A stretch of 64,000 nucleotides of DNA from Clostridiales bacterium (GCA_015069325.1 SVIV01000001.1:360052-424051), one strand, 5' to 3'. Shown: positions 9,875 through 18,928, counted from the first letter of the stretch. Notes: generated by a model from the sequence alone, not told the origin. Program-made: numbers and translations.

Positions 9875-10465
9875 ATGTTAATTCCAATGGTTGTTGACCA
9901 AACAGGAAACAGTGAAAGGTCTTATGATATTTACTCAAGATTACTTGAAGATAGAATTATATTTTTAAATGGAGAAATAGAAGATAGTATGGCCAATTTA
10001 ATTGTTGCGCAGCTTATCTATTTAGAAGGAAAAAATCCCAACAAAGATATTTCTATTTACATTAATAGTCCAGGCGGAAGTGTTAGTGCAGGGCTTGCAA
10101 TTTATGATACGATGAAATATATTAAATGTGATGTTTCTACCATTTGTGTAGGTCGTGCAGCCTCTATGGGGGCATTTTTGCTTGCGGGCGGAACAAAAGG
10201 CAAGCGGTTTGCTCTTCCAAACAGCGAAATTATGATTCATCAGCCATTAGGTGGGGCTCAAGGTCAAGTAAGTGATATCCAAATACAAGCCAATCATATT
10301 CAATATATTAAAGAAAGAATGAATAAAATGCTTAGCGAAAATACAGGTAAGCCTTTAGCAGTGGTTGAAAAAGATACCGATAGAGATAATTATATGACAG
10401 CTGTTGAAGCTAAGGAATATGGAATTATTGATGAAATATTTGTATCACGAGATATTAAAGCTTAA
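9875..10465 (+). CDS. clpP: ATP-dependent Clp protease proteolytic subunit
   Basis: MLIPMVV...[11 protein letters not shown], catalytic Ser in GRAASMGAF and His in IMIHQPLGG. Start set at ATG 9875 (RBS AAGGAGGG 9864-9870), not the TTG at 9842. Confidence 0.95.
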   Translation: MLIPMVVDQTGNSERSYDIYSRLLEDRIIFLNGEIEDSMANLIVAQLIYLEGKNPNKDISIYINSPGGSVSAGLAIYDTMKYIKCDVSTICVGRAASMGAFLLAGGTKGKRFALPNSEIMIHQPLGGAQGQVSDIQIQANHIQYIKERMNKMLSENTGKPLAVVEKDTDRDNYMTAVEAKEYGIIDEIFVSRDIKA

Positions 10466-10477
10466 AAAGGAGATTTT

Positions 10478-11740
10478 ATGAGCGAATTTATGCGAAAATG
10501 CAGTTTTTGTGGCAAAAGTGAAAAAGATGCAAAAAAACTTATAGAAAGCCCTGGTGGAGATGCATATATTTGTGATGAGTGTATTTCTATTTGTAAAGAT
10601 ATTATTGCTGACAACATTAAAAAATCAACATTTGAGAAAATAGAGCTTCCATCGCCAAGAGAAATTAAATCAAAGTTGGATGATTATATTATCGGTCAAG
10701 ATGAAGCGAAACGAGTGCTTGCAGTTGCTGTTTACAATCATTATAAAAGATTAAATTATAATTATACTAAGACTATAGAACATAATAATGATGAAGTTGA
10801 ACTTGAAAAAAGCAATATTTTAATGGTAGGGGCGACAGGCTCGGGGAAAACTTTACTGGCAAAAACATTGGCGAAAGTTTTAAAAGTTCCTTTTGCTTCT
10901 TGCGATGCAACAACACTTACCGAGGCGGGATATGTTGGCGATGACGTTGAAAATATATTGCTTAAGCTTATTCAAAACGCTGATTATGACATTGAAAAAG
11001 CCCAAAGGGGAATTATCTATATCGATGAAATTGATAAAATTGCAAAGAAAACGCAAAACGTATCAATTACTAGAGATGTCGCAGGAGAAGGTGTGCAACA
11101 AGCGCTTTTGAAAATTCTAGAAAGCACAGTTGCATCTGTTCCGCCTCAAGGTGGGAGAAAGCACCCGCAACAAGAAATGATTCAAATAGACACAACTAAT
11201 ATTTTGTTTATTTGTGGTGGAGCGTTTGTTGGGCTTGATAAAATTATCGAATCACGAAAGAATGACACTTCCTTAGGCTTTAATGCTCATATTAGACAAA
11301 GCGAAGAAGAGATTAAGAGAAACTACGCAAAGGAGATTCAACCAAACGATTTGATTAAATTTGGGCTTATTCCAGAATTTATAGGTAGATTGCCTGTCGT
11401 AGTTGGGCTTGAAGAACTTGATGAAGATGCTTTGGTTCAAATCCTTACGCAGCCTAAAAATTCTATCGTTAAACAATATAAACTTATGTTTAGAATAGAT
11501 GAACTTGATATTGATTTTACTGATGAAGCAGTCCGTTCGATTGCATCAAAAGCGATGGAACTTAAAACGGGTGCTAGGGGACTGCGCACAATTATTGAAT
11601 CTAAAATGACAAGGCTTATGTTTGATGCTCCAAGCTGGGAAGACGTGCAAAAAATCATTATTACAAAAGATTTTATCGAACAAGAAGATGCTCAACCGGA
11701 ACTTATTTATAAGCAGGCAGACAAAAAAGAGATTTGTTAA
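10478..11740 (+). CDS. clpX: ATP-dependent Clp protease ATP-binding subunit ClpX
   Basis: N-terminal zinc finger CSFCGK...CDEC, Walker A GATGSGKT, Walker [13 protein letters not shown]-like loop LGF. Confidence 0.96.
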   Translation: MSEFMRKCSFCGKSEKDAKKLIESPGGDAYICDECISICKDIIADNIKKSTFEKIELPSPREIKSKLDDYIIGQDEAKRVLAVAVYNHYKRLNYNYTKTIEHNNDEVELEKSNILMVGATGSGKTLLAKTLAKVLKVPFASCDATTLTEAGYVGDDVENILLKLIQNADYDIEKAQRGIIYIDEIDKIAKKTQNVSITRDVAGEGVQQALLKILESTVASVPPQGGRKHPQQEMIQIDTTNILFICGGAFVGLDKIIESRKNDTSLGFNAHIRQSEEEIKRNYAKEIQPNDLIKFGLIPEFIGRLPVVVGLEELDEDALVQILTQPKNSIVKQYKLMFRIDELDIDFTDEAVRSIASKAMELKTGARGLRTIIESKMTRLMFDAPSWEDVQKIIITKDFIEQEDAQPELIYKQADKKEIC

Positions 11741-11752
11741 TCTCTTTTTTGT
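11724..11752 (+). terminator. intrinsic terminator of clpX
   Basis: AAAGAGAUU/AAUCUCUUU stem spanning the stop codon, followed by a T-run. Confidence 0.7.
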
Positions 11753-11839
11753 TCAATTAAAACAAATCCTTTATCCATAGGCTGTAAAATATTTTGTTGC
11801 AAAATAGAATAACTTTGAATATATAACATTGGGGGGGAT

Positions 11840-12133
11840 ATGAAAGGATTTTTTAATGTATTAGACCATTCTGCAAATAAAACGAATGAGTTTACCACCT
11901 TGCAAAATGCAAGATTAGATTTGGTGGGCGAATTAGAAGCTATTGTGCAATATGAAAATCATTTGATGCAAACAAACAATTCGTCAGCGCAAAACGTCAT
12001 CAAACATATTGTAGAAGAAGAAAAGACTCACGTTGGAGAATTAATGGGGCTCATTTTTATGTTAGACCCAGAAAGCAAGGGGTTGTTTGAAAAAGGGCTT
12101 AATGAGTTTAATAGAGAATATAAAGAACGTTAG
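11840..12133 (+). CDS. EncFtn-like (encapsulated-ferritin family) ferritin-like protein
   Basis: 97 aa. GELEAIVQYENH and VEEEKTHVGE match my recollection of the Glu / ExxH di-iron motifs of Rhodospirillum rubrum EncFtn (EELEAVDWYDQR, DEEKEH). Confidence 0.6.
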   Translation: MKGFFNVLDHSANKTNEFTTLQNARLDLVGELEAIVQYENHLMQTNNSSAQNVIKHIVEEEKTHVGELMGLIFMLDPESKGLFEKGLNEFNREYKER

Positions 12134-12246
12134 AATTTTCTAATGTTTTTTATTTGTAATCGTTTTGATGAGTTTATGGATTCAGGTGTTTATTGATTGA
12201 AATTATCAAATAAATTCAACTTTTTACAAAAAATAATAAAAAATGC

Positions 12247-12275
12247 TTGACAATTTGTTTAATTATAAATATAAT
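12247..12275 (+). promoter_or_regulatory. consensus sigma-A promoter of tRNA-Leu
   Basis: TTGACA (12247-12252), 17 nt, TATAAT (12270-12275). The tRNA starts 24 nt downstream of the -10. Confidence 0.8.
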
Positions 12276-12298
12276 AAGAAAGTATCATATATAAATGT

Positions 12299-12380
12299 GC
12301 GGGCGTGGCGGAATGGCAGACGCGCTTGTTTAAGGGGCAAGTGAGAAATCGTGTGGGTTCGACTCCCACCGCCCGCACCA
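12299..12380 (+). tRNA. tRNA-Leu, type II (long variable arm), anticodon read as AAG, CCA encoded
   Basis: Hand fold: acceptor GCGGGCG/CGCCCGC, D-arm GCG..CGC with GG. Anticodon stem CTTGT/GCAAG, loop TTAAGGG. 11-nt variable region, T-arm GTGGG-TTCGACT-CCCAC, discriminator A, CCA. Confidence 0.85.
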
Positions 12381-12381
12381 A

Positions 12382-12406
12382 GACAGGCTTTGACCTGTTT
12401 TTTTGT
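12382..12406 (+). terminator. intrinsic terminator after tRNA-Leu
   Basis: ACAGG-CTTTGA-CCTGT hairpin followed by TTTTTTT. Confidence 0.7.
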
Positions 12407-12432
12407 TGAATTTGATTAGGTGGTTTAAGTTT

Positions 12433-12792
12433 ATGAGAAAATGTAGGTTTATTGATGCGAAACAAAGCATTGCAAGTTATATGGTAGGATTTCATAAGAG
12501 AGAAATGACTTTCCTTGAGTTTAACAAATGGTCATCATATTTAGAAAAAAGATTATCAAATAATGATTGTCAAACAATTGTTTTATGTGGAAAAAGATAT
12601 TTAGACGAGTTAAAGCGAGAAGATTGTTATAATTTGTTTAATATTGGCAGGGAAACAATAAGACTTGCAGAAAATAAAACAAAAAGAGATTTAGATATGC
12701 AGATATTTTCATATATAGAGGTTGATACATTGCTTGATTTGCTAGATGCACCAAATGGATATGAAGTAGATCGTGAAGAAAATTCTTTATAA
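12433..12792 (+). CDS. hypothetical protein
   Basis: 119 aa from ATG 12433 (RBS AGGTGG 8 nt upstream). The ORF-track TTG at 12403 overlaps the tRNA terminator and is unlikely. No family recognised. Confidence 0.5.
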   Translation: MRKCRFIDAKQSIASYMVGFHKREMTFLEFNKWSSYLEKRLSNNDCQTIVLCGKRYLDELKREDCYNLFNIGRETIRLAENKTKRDLDMQIFSYIEVDTLLDLLDAPNGYEVDREENSL

Positions 12793-12815
12793 AAAGTTTA
12801 ATATATTAAGACGAA

Positions 12816-12848
12816 TAAAAAAACACCCTTGAGTGGTGTTTTTTTTAT
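12816..12848. terminator. bidirectional terminator between convergent hypothetical genes
   Basis: A-run, AACACC-CTTGAGT-GGTGTT hairpin, T-run. Confidence 0.65.
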
Positions 12849-13480
12849 TCATTTTCAATTTCTTCTTCAGCTTCTGTTGCTTGTAATTTTGCCATAGCAT
12901 CTTCATCTAAAGAAACTCGGCAGCCGTATGAAGGGTAGCTAAGATGCAAGAAGCCGTCAGTAAATTCAATTGTGTCGTGATTTGGTTGATTACAAATAAT
13001 AGCTTTGATAGATACTTTTTTCATTTTTAGATTTGAAAATGATTCAGGCAAACATAATTGCACAGGTTTTCCGATTAATTTAAGTAACTGTTTGCCTTGT
13101 GCAGATAAACAGTTGTCGTTATGTTTATAGATTCTAGCTTTTTCATAAGCTCTTTGTTTAATTGCTGGATAATCTTCATTTTTAAAGATGATGTTTCCTT
13201 TTGAATCTTTTATTGTGTTTATATAAAGGTCGAAATCATCTCTATCATATTTAGCATATAAACTAAGAAATTGATGCCCTTTAGTGTTGTCTTGACCTAA
13301 ATAAAGCCCTAAACCGCTTTCGCTGACGTAATAAATCTGTCCATTGTCACCTTTTTTAGCGAGTAAAATTCCTTTTGTAATAAATTTTTGTCCAATATAA
13401 TTGATGCCATTGATGGTTACAACTTCTTTTTTATCGCCAAGTTTAACAAATTGTTCCATCATTTCTTGTGAGATTGCCAT
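12845..13480 (-). CDS. hypothetical protein (acidic C-terminus)
   Basis: 211 aa from ATG 13480 (RBS AAGGAG 7 nt upstream, own promoter). The ORF-track start at 13549 lies upstream of the promoter. No family recognised. Confidence 0.6.
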   Translation of the reverse strand: MAISQEMMEQFVKLGDKKEVVTINGINYIGQKFITKGILLAKKGDNGQIYYVSESGLGLYLGQDNTKGHQFLSLYAKYDRDDFDLYINTIKDSKGNIIFKNEDYPAIKQRAYEKARIYKHNDNCLSAQGKQLLKLIGKPVQLCLPESFSNLKMKKVSIKAIICNQPNHDTIEFTDGFLHLSYPSYGCRVSLDEDAMAKLQATEAEEEIENE

Positions 13481-13499
13481 ATTCAACTCCTTATGCTGT

Positions 13500-13528
13500 A
13501 TTATATCATAGTCAATAGTAAAAATCAA
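13500..13528 (-). promoter_or_regulatory. sigma-A type promoter of the 211-aa hypothetical gene
   Basis: Minus strand: TTGATT (13528-13523), 17 nt, TGaTATAAT (TATAAT 13505-13500). Confidence 0.65.
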
Positions 13529-13628
13529 TAGCTTTAGGGAAATTTTCAAGAGTAAAGTTATAAATTAAATTGATTTTTATGTTAAAAAAAAGAGAAAATT
13601 ATAATCAAATATCCTATATTTTGAAAAA

Positions 13629-13664
13629 GGGCTAGTCTGTTATCTTTTAATAACATACTAGTCC
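13629..13664. repeat. ACTAGTATG-family hairpin (copy 2) in a divergent intergenic region
   Basis: Minus-strand reading: GGACTAGTATGTTAT-TAAAAG-ATAACAGACTAGCC followed by CTTTTTC. The first 13 nt of the 5' arm are identical to the hairpin at 3731. Confidence 0.7.
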
Positions 13665-13769
13665 TTTTATTGTCATAGTATAGCCATTTTAAATTCATTA
13701 TATTTGCTCGATTTCTACAAATATAAAGCTATTATGAATTATTTTCTCTTTTTTTCACACTCTTAAAGT

Positions 13770-14864
13770 ATGAAAAATTTTATATGTATGTTTGTTGCAT
13801 TGTTGATTTGTTTATTGTCAAATTATCCTATAAATTTGGCTTTTGCATTTGATGGCGAGATTATTCAATATGATATTTATGATGAAAATGGCGAACTTCT
13901 TTCGTTTACAAGCGAAGCGGAAGTAGGTGATACAATTTTGACAAAGGATTTTGAAGAATATCAAATTTATGAAATTGATGGGAATAAATGTTATGCAAGA
14001 TATTTTAGAACTTTAAATTGGGCTAAGCCAAATAAGGCAAAAAACACAAGATCGACAGGAAAAGATAAAAAATTATGTTTGTATATGACACATAATGATG
14101 AAAGTTATACTCCTTCTGATGGGTATGATAGTATCTATGGTCAAGGCGGAATTCACGACGTAGCAAAGAAGTTGCAGGCGGAGCTTGAAAAAAATGGGAT
14201 TCAAGTTGTTTTAGATGAAACTTTGCATATTCCGCACGATTCAAGTGCTTATTCTCGTTCGGCAGTTACAGCAAAATCTTTATATACTAAAGAAAAACCA
14301 GATGCACTGTTTGATATTCACAGAGATGGGGTTGCAAAAAAGTATTACTACATCACAAACAATGGGCAAGATTTTAGCAAAATTCGAATAGTTGTAGGCA
14401 AAAGTAATCCGAATTTTGAAGAAAACTATAAATTTGCACAACAACTTTTTGCTACGGGCAATCAACTTTATCCGTGGCTATTTTTAGACGTTTATTGTGG
14501 AAAGGGGCATTATAATCAGGAGCTATTGAAAACAAATTTGCTTTTTGAAATGGGAACATATTTGATTGAAAAAGAGTTTGTTTATAATAGTGTCCCTTAT
14601 TTAGTGGATTCAATTAACACAACAATGTATTCAAATTATTATTTGCCGGAGAATGATATAATTGAAGAAGATCCGACAGAAGATGAATTTGTAGATGAAG
14701 ATGTCAAACAAGATGATTTTCTCGAAAATGAAAAAGACAACACAACAACTGAAGAAAATAAGGATAAGAATAGGGATGGAAGTGCTTTATTAATAGTTAC
14801 AATATTGTTAGTTGGGTTACTTTCCTTTGCATTTGTTGCAACTTTCAAGAAAAAAAATAAATAA
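13770..14864 (+). CDS. spoIIP: stage II sporulation protein P (SpoIIP-family cell-wall amidase/endopeptidase)
   Basis: LYMTHNDESY...GIHDVAKKL...HD..AYSRS...DIHRDG...RIVVGKSNPN...NQELL..NLLFEMG pattern of the SpoIIP family. N-terminal signal/TM helix. Confidence 0.85.
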   Translation: MKNFICMFVALLICLLSNYPINLAFAFDGEIIQYDIYDENGELLSFTSEAEVGDTILTKDFEEYQIYEIDGNKCYARYFRTLNWAKPNKAKNTRSTGKDKKLCLYMTHNDESYTPSDGYDSIYGQGGIHDVAKKLQAELEKNGIQVVLDETLHIPHDSSAYSRSAVTAKSLYTKEKPDALFDIHRDGVAKKYYYITNNGQDFSKIRIVVGKSNPNFEENYKFAQQLFATGNQLYPWLFLDVYCGKGHYNQELLKTNLLFEMGTYLIEKEFVYNSVPYLVDSINTTMYSNYYLPENDIIEEDPTEDEFVDEDVKQDDFLENEKDNTTTEENKDKNRDGSALLIVTILLVGLLSFAFVATFKKKNK

Positions 14865-14870
14865 AACACT

Positions 14871-14898
14871 TTGCAAGCAAGGATTTTTGTGCTATAAT
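14871..14898 (+). promoter_or_regulatory. sigma-A type promoter of aspS-asnS
   Basis: TTGCAA (14871-14876), 16 nt, TGcTATAAT (TATAAT 14893-14898). Confidence 0.7.
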
Positions 14899-14920
14899 CT
14901 TAGCTATGGAGAAAAAAGAT

Positions 14921-16657
14921 ATGGCAAATTATTATAGAACAAACAATTGTGGAGAATTGAGAATAACAAACGTAGGACAAAAAGTTGTCCTTTCAGGTTG
15001 GCTTGCAACAATTAGAAAACTCGGCGGTATTGTTTTTGCAACCCTTAGAGATCATTTTGGAATAACTCAACTTTTAATTGAAGACGAGAAAATGATTGAA
15101 GGTATTTGCAAAGAAACAGTCGTTAAAATTGAAGGAGAAGTGTTTGAAAGAACTTCTAAAAATCCTAATATGGAAACAGGGGATATTGAAATTAAGGTTG
15201 AAAATATCCAAGTTTTAGGGAAATGTCAAAACGTGCTTCCATTTGAAATTGCAGATGCTCCAAATACAAAAGAAGATTTAAGATATAAGTATAGATACCT
15301 TGACCTTAGAAATCCGCAAAACCACAAAAATCTTGTTATGCGTGGAAAGGTTTTAAAATACATAAGAGATACATTTGATGATATGGGATTTTTAGAAGTG
15401 CAAACGCCAATCCTTACATCAAGTTCGCCGGAAGGGGCAAGAGATTATATTGTCCCTACAGTATTTTCTAAAGGTGAATTTTATGCTTTGCCACAAGCTC
15501 CACAACAATTCAAACAATTGTTGATGGTGTCAGGTTATGATAAGTATTTTCAAATTGCACCTTGTTTTAGAAATGAAGCTGGCAGAGCAGATAGAATGAC
15601 TGGTGAATTTTATCAAATTGACTTTGAAATGTCATTTGCAACTCAAGAAGATGTTTTTGCTGTTTGTGAAAACTTTATTACAGGTCTTTATAACAAGTTT
15701 ACAAATTTACAAGTGTGCAAAGCACCATTTGTTCGCATTCCTTATAAAGAAGCGATTGAAAAATACTGTTCTGATAAACCAGACCTAAGAAACCCACTTG
15801 TGGTAAATGATGTTACTGAAATTTTCAAGGGGACTGAATTTAATGCATTCAAAGACAAGACAATTAAAATGATAGTTGCTCCTTGTCAAGATAAACCAAG
15901 AAGATTTTATGACGATTTAGGCAAACTTATCGTAAGTTATGAAGGGAAAGGTCTTGCTTGGCTTAAATATGATGGGCAAGAATTATCAGGATCTATTGCT
16001 AAGTTTGTGACTGACGAACAAAAGCAAGCCTTATTACAGATTGCCAACATTAAATCAGGAGATAGCTTATTCTTTATTGCAGATACAAAAGCTATGGCTA
16101 TTATGCTTACAAATGTGCTTAGAAATGCCCTTGGCGAACAATTAAATCTTATTGATCAAAATAAAGTTGAATTTTGCTGGGTAGTAGATTTCCCATTCTA
16201 TGAAATTAATGAAGAAACAGGAAAACTTGACTTTTCTCACAATCCATTCTCAATGCCACAAGGCGGACTTGATGCTCTTAATAATCAAAATCCACTTGAT
16301 ATTGTGGCTTATCAATATGACCTTGTGTGCAATGGTTATGAAATGTTAAGCGGAGCTGTTCGTAATCACGACCAAGAGACAATGGTTAAGGCTTTTAATC
16401 TTGTTGGTTATGACCAAAGCATAGTTGAAAAGAAGTTTTCTGCGTTATTTAATGCGTTTTCTTACGGGGCCCCACCACATGCAGGTGGAGCATTTGGATT
16501 TGACAGAATGTTGATGCAAATTATGGGATATGACGTAATTAGAGAAATTGCTGCTTTCCCACTAAATAAAAATGGTAGAGACTTACTTATGAATGCACCA
16601 AGTAAAATTGATGAAGCTACGTTAAAAGAACTTGGAATAAAATTAGAAGATAAATAG
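14921..16657 (+). CDS. aspS: aspartyl-tRNA synthetase (bacterial type with GAD insertion)
   Basis: MANYYRTNNCGELR start typical of AspRS. Motifs FRNE...R, QIDFEMSF, GGAFGFDRMLM. Start placed at ATG 14921 (RBS GGAGA), because ATG 14906 sits about at the predicted TSS. Confidence 0.93.
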   Translation: MANYYRTNNCGELRITNVGQKVVLSGWLATIRKLGGIVFATLRDHFGITQLLIEDEKMIEGICKETVVKIEGEVFERTSKNPNMETGDIEIKVENIQVLGKCQNVLPFEIADAPNTKEDLRYKYRYLDLRNPQNHKNLVMRGKVLKYIRDTFDDMGFLEVQTPILTSSSPEGARDYIVPTVFSKGEFYALPQAPQQFKQLLMVSGYDKYFQIAPCFRNEAGRADRMTGEFYQIDFEMSFATQEDVFAVCENFITGLYNKFTNLQVCKAPFVRIPYKEAIEKYCSDKPDLRNPLVVNDVTEIFKGTEFNAFKDKTIKMIVAPCQDKPRRFYDDLGKLIVSYEGKGLAWLKYDGQELSGSIAKFVTDEQKQALLQIANIKSGDSLFFIADTKAMAIMLTNVLRNALGEQLNLIDQNKVEFCWVVDFPFYEINEETGKLDFSHNPFSMPQGGLDALNNQNPLDIVAYQYDLVCNGYEMLSGAVRNHDQETMVKAFNLVGYDQSIVEKKFSALFNAFSYGAPPHAGGAFGFDRMLMQIMGYDVIREIAAFPLNKNGRDLLMNAPSKIDEATLKELGIKLEDK

Positions 16658-16665
16658 GTGAAAAA

Positions 16666-18048
16666 ATGAAAAAAACAGATATTAAAGCATTATATGATAA
16701 TAAAGAAGCATTGACAGGAAACGAAGTTGTTGTTGCTGGTTGGGTTAAAAGCTGTCGCGGAAATGGTAGTTTCGGGTTTATTGATCTTACTGATGGCACT
16801 TGCTTTAAAACTTTACAAGTAGTGTTCAGTAAAGATAAGCTTGAAAACTTTGATATCATTGAAAAAGTTAATACAGGTTCTTCAATTATGTGTAAAGGGA
16901 AAATTGTTTTAACTCCAGAAAATAAACAACCTTTTGAAATGCAAGCAGAAGAAGTTACTGTTATTAATGCAACGGATAGCGAATATCCACTTCAAAAGAA
17001 AAAACATTCTCTTGAATTTTTAAGAGAAATTGCGTATTTAAGACCAAGAGCAAATTTATTTAATGCAGTATTTAGAGTTCGCAGTAAACTTGCATATTTG
17101 TTGCACGAATTTTTTGAGAATGAAGGTTTTGTTCACGTGCATACACCACTTTTGACGTCTTCTGATTGTGAAGGGGGAAGTGAACTTTTCAGAGTAACAA
17201 CTCAGAATATTTATGAAGAAGAAAAGAAATTTTCTCCTGAAGACGAACTTTTTGGGAAGAAGGTTTATCTTTCACCAACAGGACAACTTGAAGGGGAAAC
17301 TTGTGCATTTGCATTCGGGAAAATTTATACGTTTGGACCTTCGTTCCGTGCAGAAAACAGTAATACAACAAGACACGTAAATGAATTTTGGCACTTAGAA
17401 CCTGAAGTTTGCTTTATGAATCTTGATGAACTGATGACTCTTGAAGAGAAAATGATGAAGTATATTATAAGCAACATCATTCAAAAGTGTCCAGATGAAA
17501 TGCAATTTTTCAATAATTTTGTTGATAAAGGACTTCTTGACAGACTTAATAATGTTATTAACAACGAATTTGGTCGTGTTACATACACAGAAGCGATTGA
17601 TATTTTAAGCAAAAACAACGATAAGTTTGAATTCCCAGTTAAATGGGGTAGTGATATCCAAACCGAACATGAAAGATATTTGGCTGAAGTTATTTTCAAA
17701 AAACCTGTATTTGTTACTGACTATCCAAAAGAAATCAAGGCTTTCTATATGAAGCAGAATGAAGACGGAAAGACTGTTCGTGCTTGTGATCTTCTTTTCC
17801 CTGGCATTGGAGAAGTTACTGGCGGAAGCGAAAGAGAAACAGATTATGATAAACTTGCAAATCATATGAAGACATTAGGGCTTAAAGAAGAAGACTACTG
17901 GTGGTATATGAATTTAAGAAAATTTGGTTCTGTTGAACACAGTGGTTTTGGTCTTGGCTTTGAAAGAATTCTAATGTATATCACTGGTGTATCAAATATC
18001 AGAGATGTTATTCTCTTCCCAAGAACACCAAACAATTGCGAATTTTAG
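16666..18048 (+). CDS. asnS: asparaginyl-tRNA synthetase
   Basis: FRAENSNTTRHVNEFWHLEPE and GFGLGFERILMYITG signatures of AsnRS. 460 aa. Confidence 0.95.
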   Translation: MKKTDIKALYDNKEALTGNEVVVAGWVKSCRGNGSFGFIDLTDGTCFKTLQVVFSKDKLENFDIIEKVNTGSSIMCKGKIVLTPENKQPFEMQAEEVTVINATDSEYPLQKKKHSLEFLREIAYLRPRANLFNAVFRVRSKLAYLLHEFFENEGFVHVHTPLLTSSDCEGGSELFRVTTQNIYEEEKKFSPEDELFGKKVYLSPTGQLEGETCAFAFGKIYTFGPSFRAENSNTTRHVNEFWHLEPEVCFMNLDELMTLEEKMMKYIISNIIQKCPDEMQFFNNFVDKGLLDRLNNVINNEFGRVTYTEAIDILSKNNDKFEFPVKWGSDIQTEHERYLAEVIFKKPVFVTDYPKEIKAFYMKQNEDGKTVRACDLLFPGIGEVTGGSERETDYDKLANHMKTLGLKEEDYWWYMNLRKFGSVEHSGFGLGFERILMYITGVSNIRDVILFPRTPNNCEF

Positions 18049-18050
18049 AT

Positions 18051-18088
18051 ATAAAAAAGATATTTCGTTAAGGCAATATCTTTTTTAT
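18051..18088. terminator. bidirectional terminator between asnS and the rluA-family gene
   Basis: Perfect 14-bp stem ATAAAAAAGATATT / AATATCTTTTTTAT with a 10-nt loop. The 3' arm overlaps the end of the minus-strand CDS. Confidence 0.65.
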
Positions 18089-18928
18089 ATCTTGGGGATA
18101 ATCGATTTCAAAGGAAAGCTGTTTCTTTAAATAAGGGTGAAAAAATGACAGTTCTTTACACACAAGGGCGGTGTGCGAGATCAGAGTGCTTTTTGTCCCG
18201 TAAATTTCGTCTCCAATCAAGGAATGTTTTATTGATGAAAGGTGCAATCTGATTTGATGAGTTCGTCCGTGTTTCAATTTCAGAGAAATTAAACTGTATA
18301 ATTTGTTGTGAGAAATAGGAGTAACAAATGTGGTTGCGTCTTGTCCATCTTGGGAGAGAATTCGTTTTCTATTATTAACCCCGTTAATATTGATTGTTTT
18401 TATAGGAGAATTGATTTGAATTGATTTGTCAATTATCCCTTCACAAATTGCGTGATAAGTTTTATCTAGATTTTTAATATCTTTTTGTGCGATACTGCTT
18501 TTAGCAACAATTATAATTCCTGCAGTATCTTTATCTAGCCTATTCAAAATGCGGACTACAAAATTTGATTCTTTATCTTGCATATAGTTTAAAATTGCGC
18601 CGGCCAAATTGTTGTCATAATGTGATTTGTTTGGCATACAAGAGATGCCACTAGGCTTGTTTATTAGTATGTAGTATTCATCTTCATACACAATATCTAG
18701 TGGTAGTATGCACGTTTTTATGTCAGTCTTTTGATTTGGAGATGAGTTGATTTTTAAAACATCTCCAATGCATAAAGGGCATCTGATGTTTACGATTTTC
18801 TCATTTACTAATATGTTGCCCCAATCTTTTCTTAGATTTTTAATGTAATTTTCTGAGAAATGCATTGTTTTTAAATAATGATAAACCGTTTGATAGGGCT
18901 CGGCAATTTTATATTCTTGATATTTCAT
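18068..18928 (-). CDS. RluA-family pseudouridine synthase
   Basis: S4-like N-terminus, catalytic motif NRLDKDTAG, and HGRTHQIRLH. Confidence 0.88.
   Translation of the reverse strand: MKYQEYKIAEPYQTVYHYLKTMHFSENYIKNLRKDWGNILVNEKIVNIRCPLCIGDVLKINSSPNQKTDIKTCILPLDIVYEDEYYILINKPSGISCMPNKSHYDNNLAGAILNYMQDKESNFVVRILNRLDKDTAGIIIVAKSSIAQKDIKNLDKTYHAICEGIIDKSIQINSPIKTININGVNNRKRILSQDGQDATTFVTPISHNKLYSLISLKLKHGRTHQIRLHLSSIKHSLIGDEIYGTKSTLISHTALVCKELSFFHPYLKKQLSFEIDYPQDIKKILP

Noticed and set aside
11840-13549. Encapsulin nanocompartment operon
   Set aside because: Only the EncFtn-like cargo-type gene is present. The neighbouring ORFs are too small or unlike HK97-fold shell proteins.
14906-14920. Leaderless aspS starting at ATG 14906
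   Set aside because: ATG 14906 sits about 7 nt after the -10, so leaderless initiation is possible. However, GGAGA at 14908-14912 is well placed for ATG 14921, which gives the canonical AspRS N-terminus. The downstream start is preferred.
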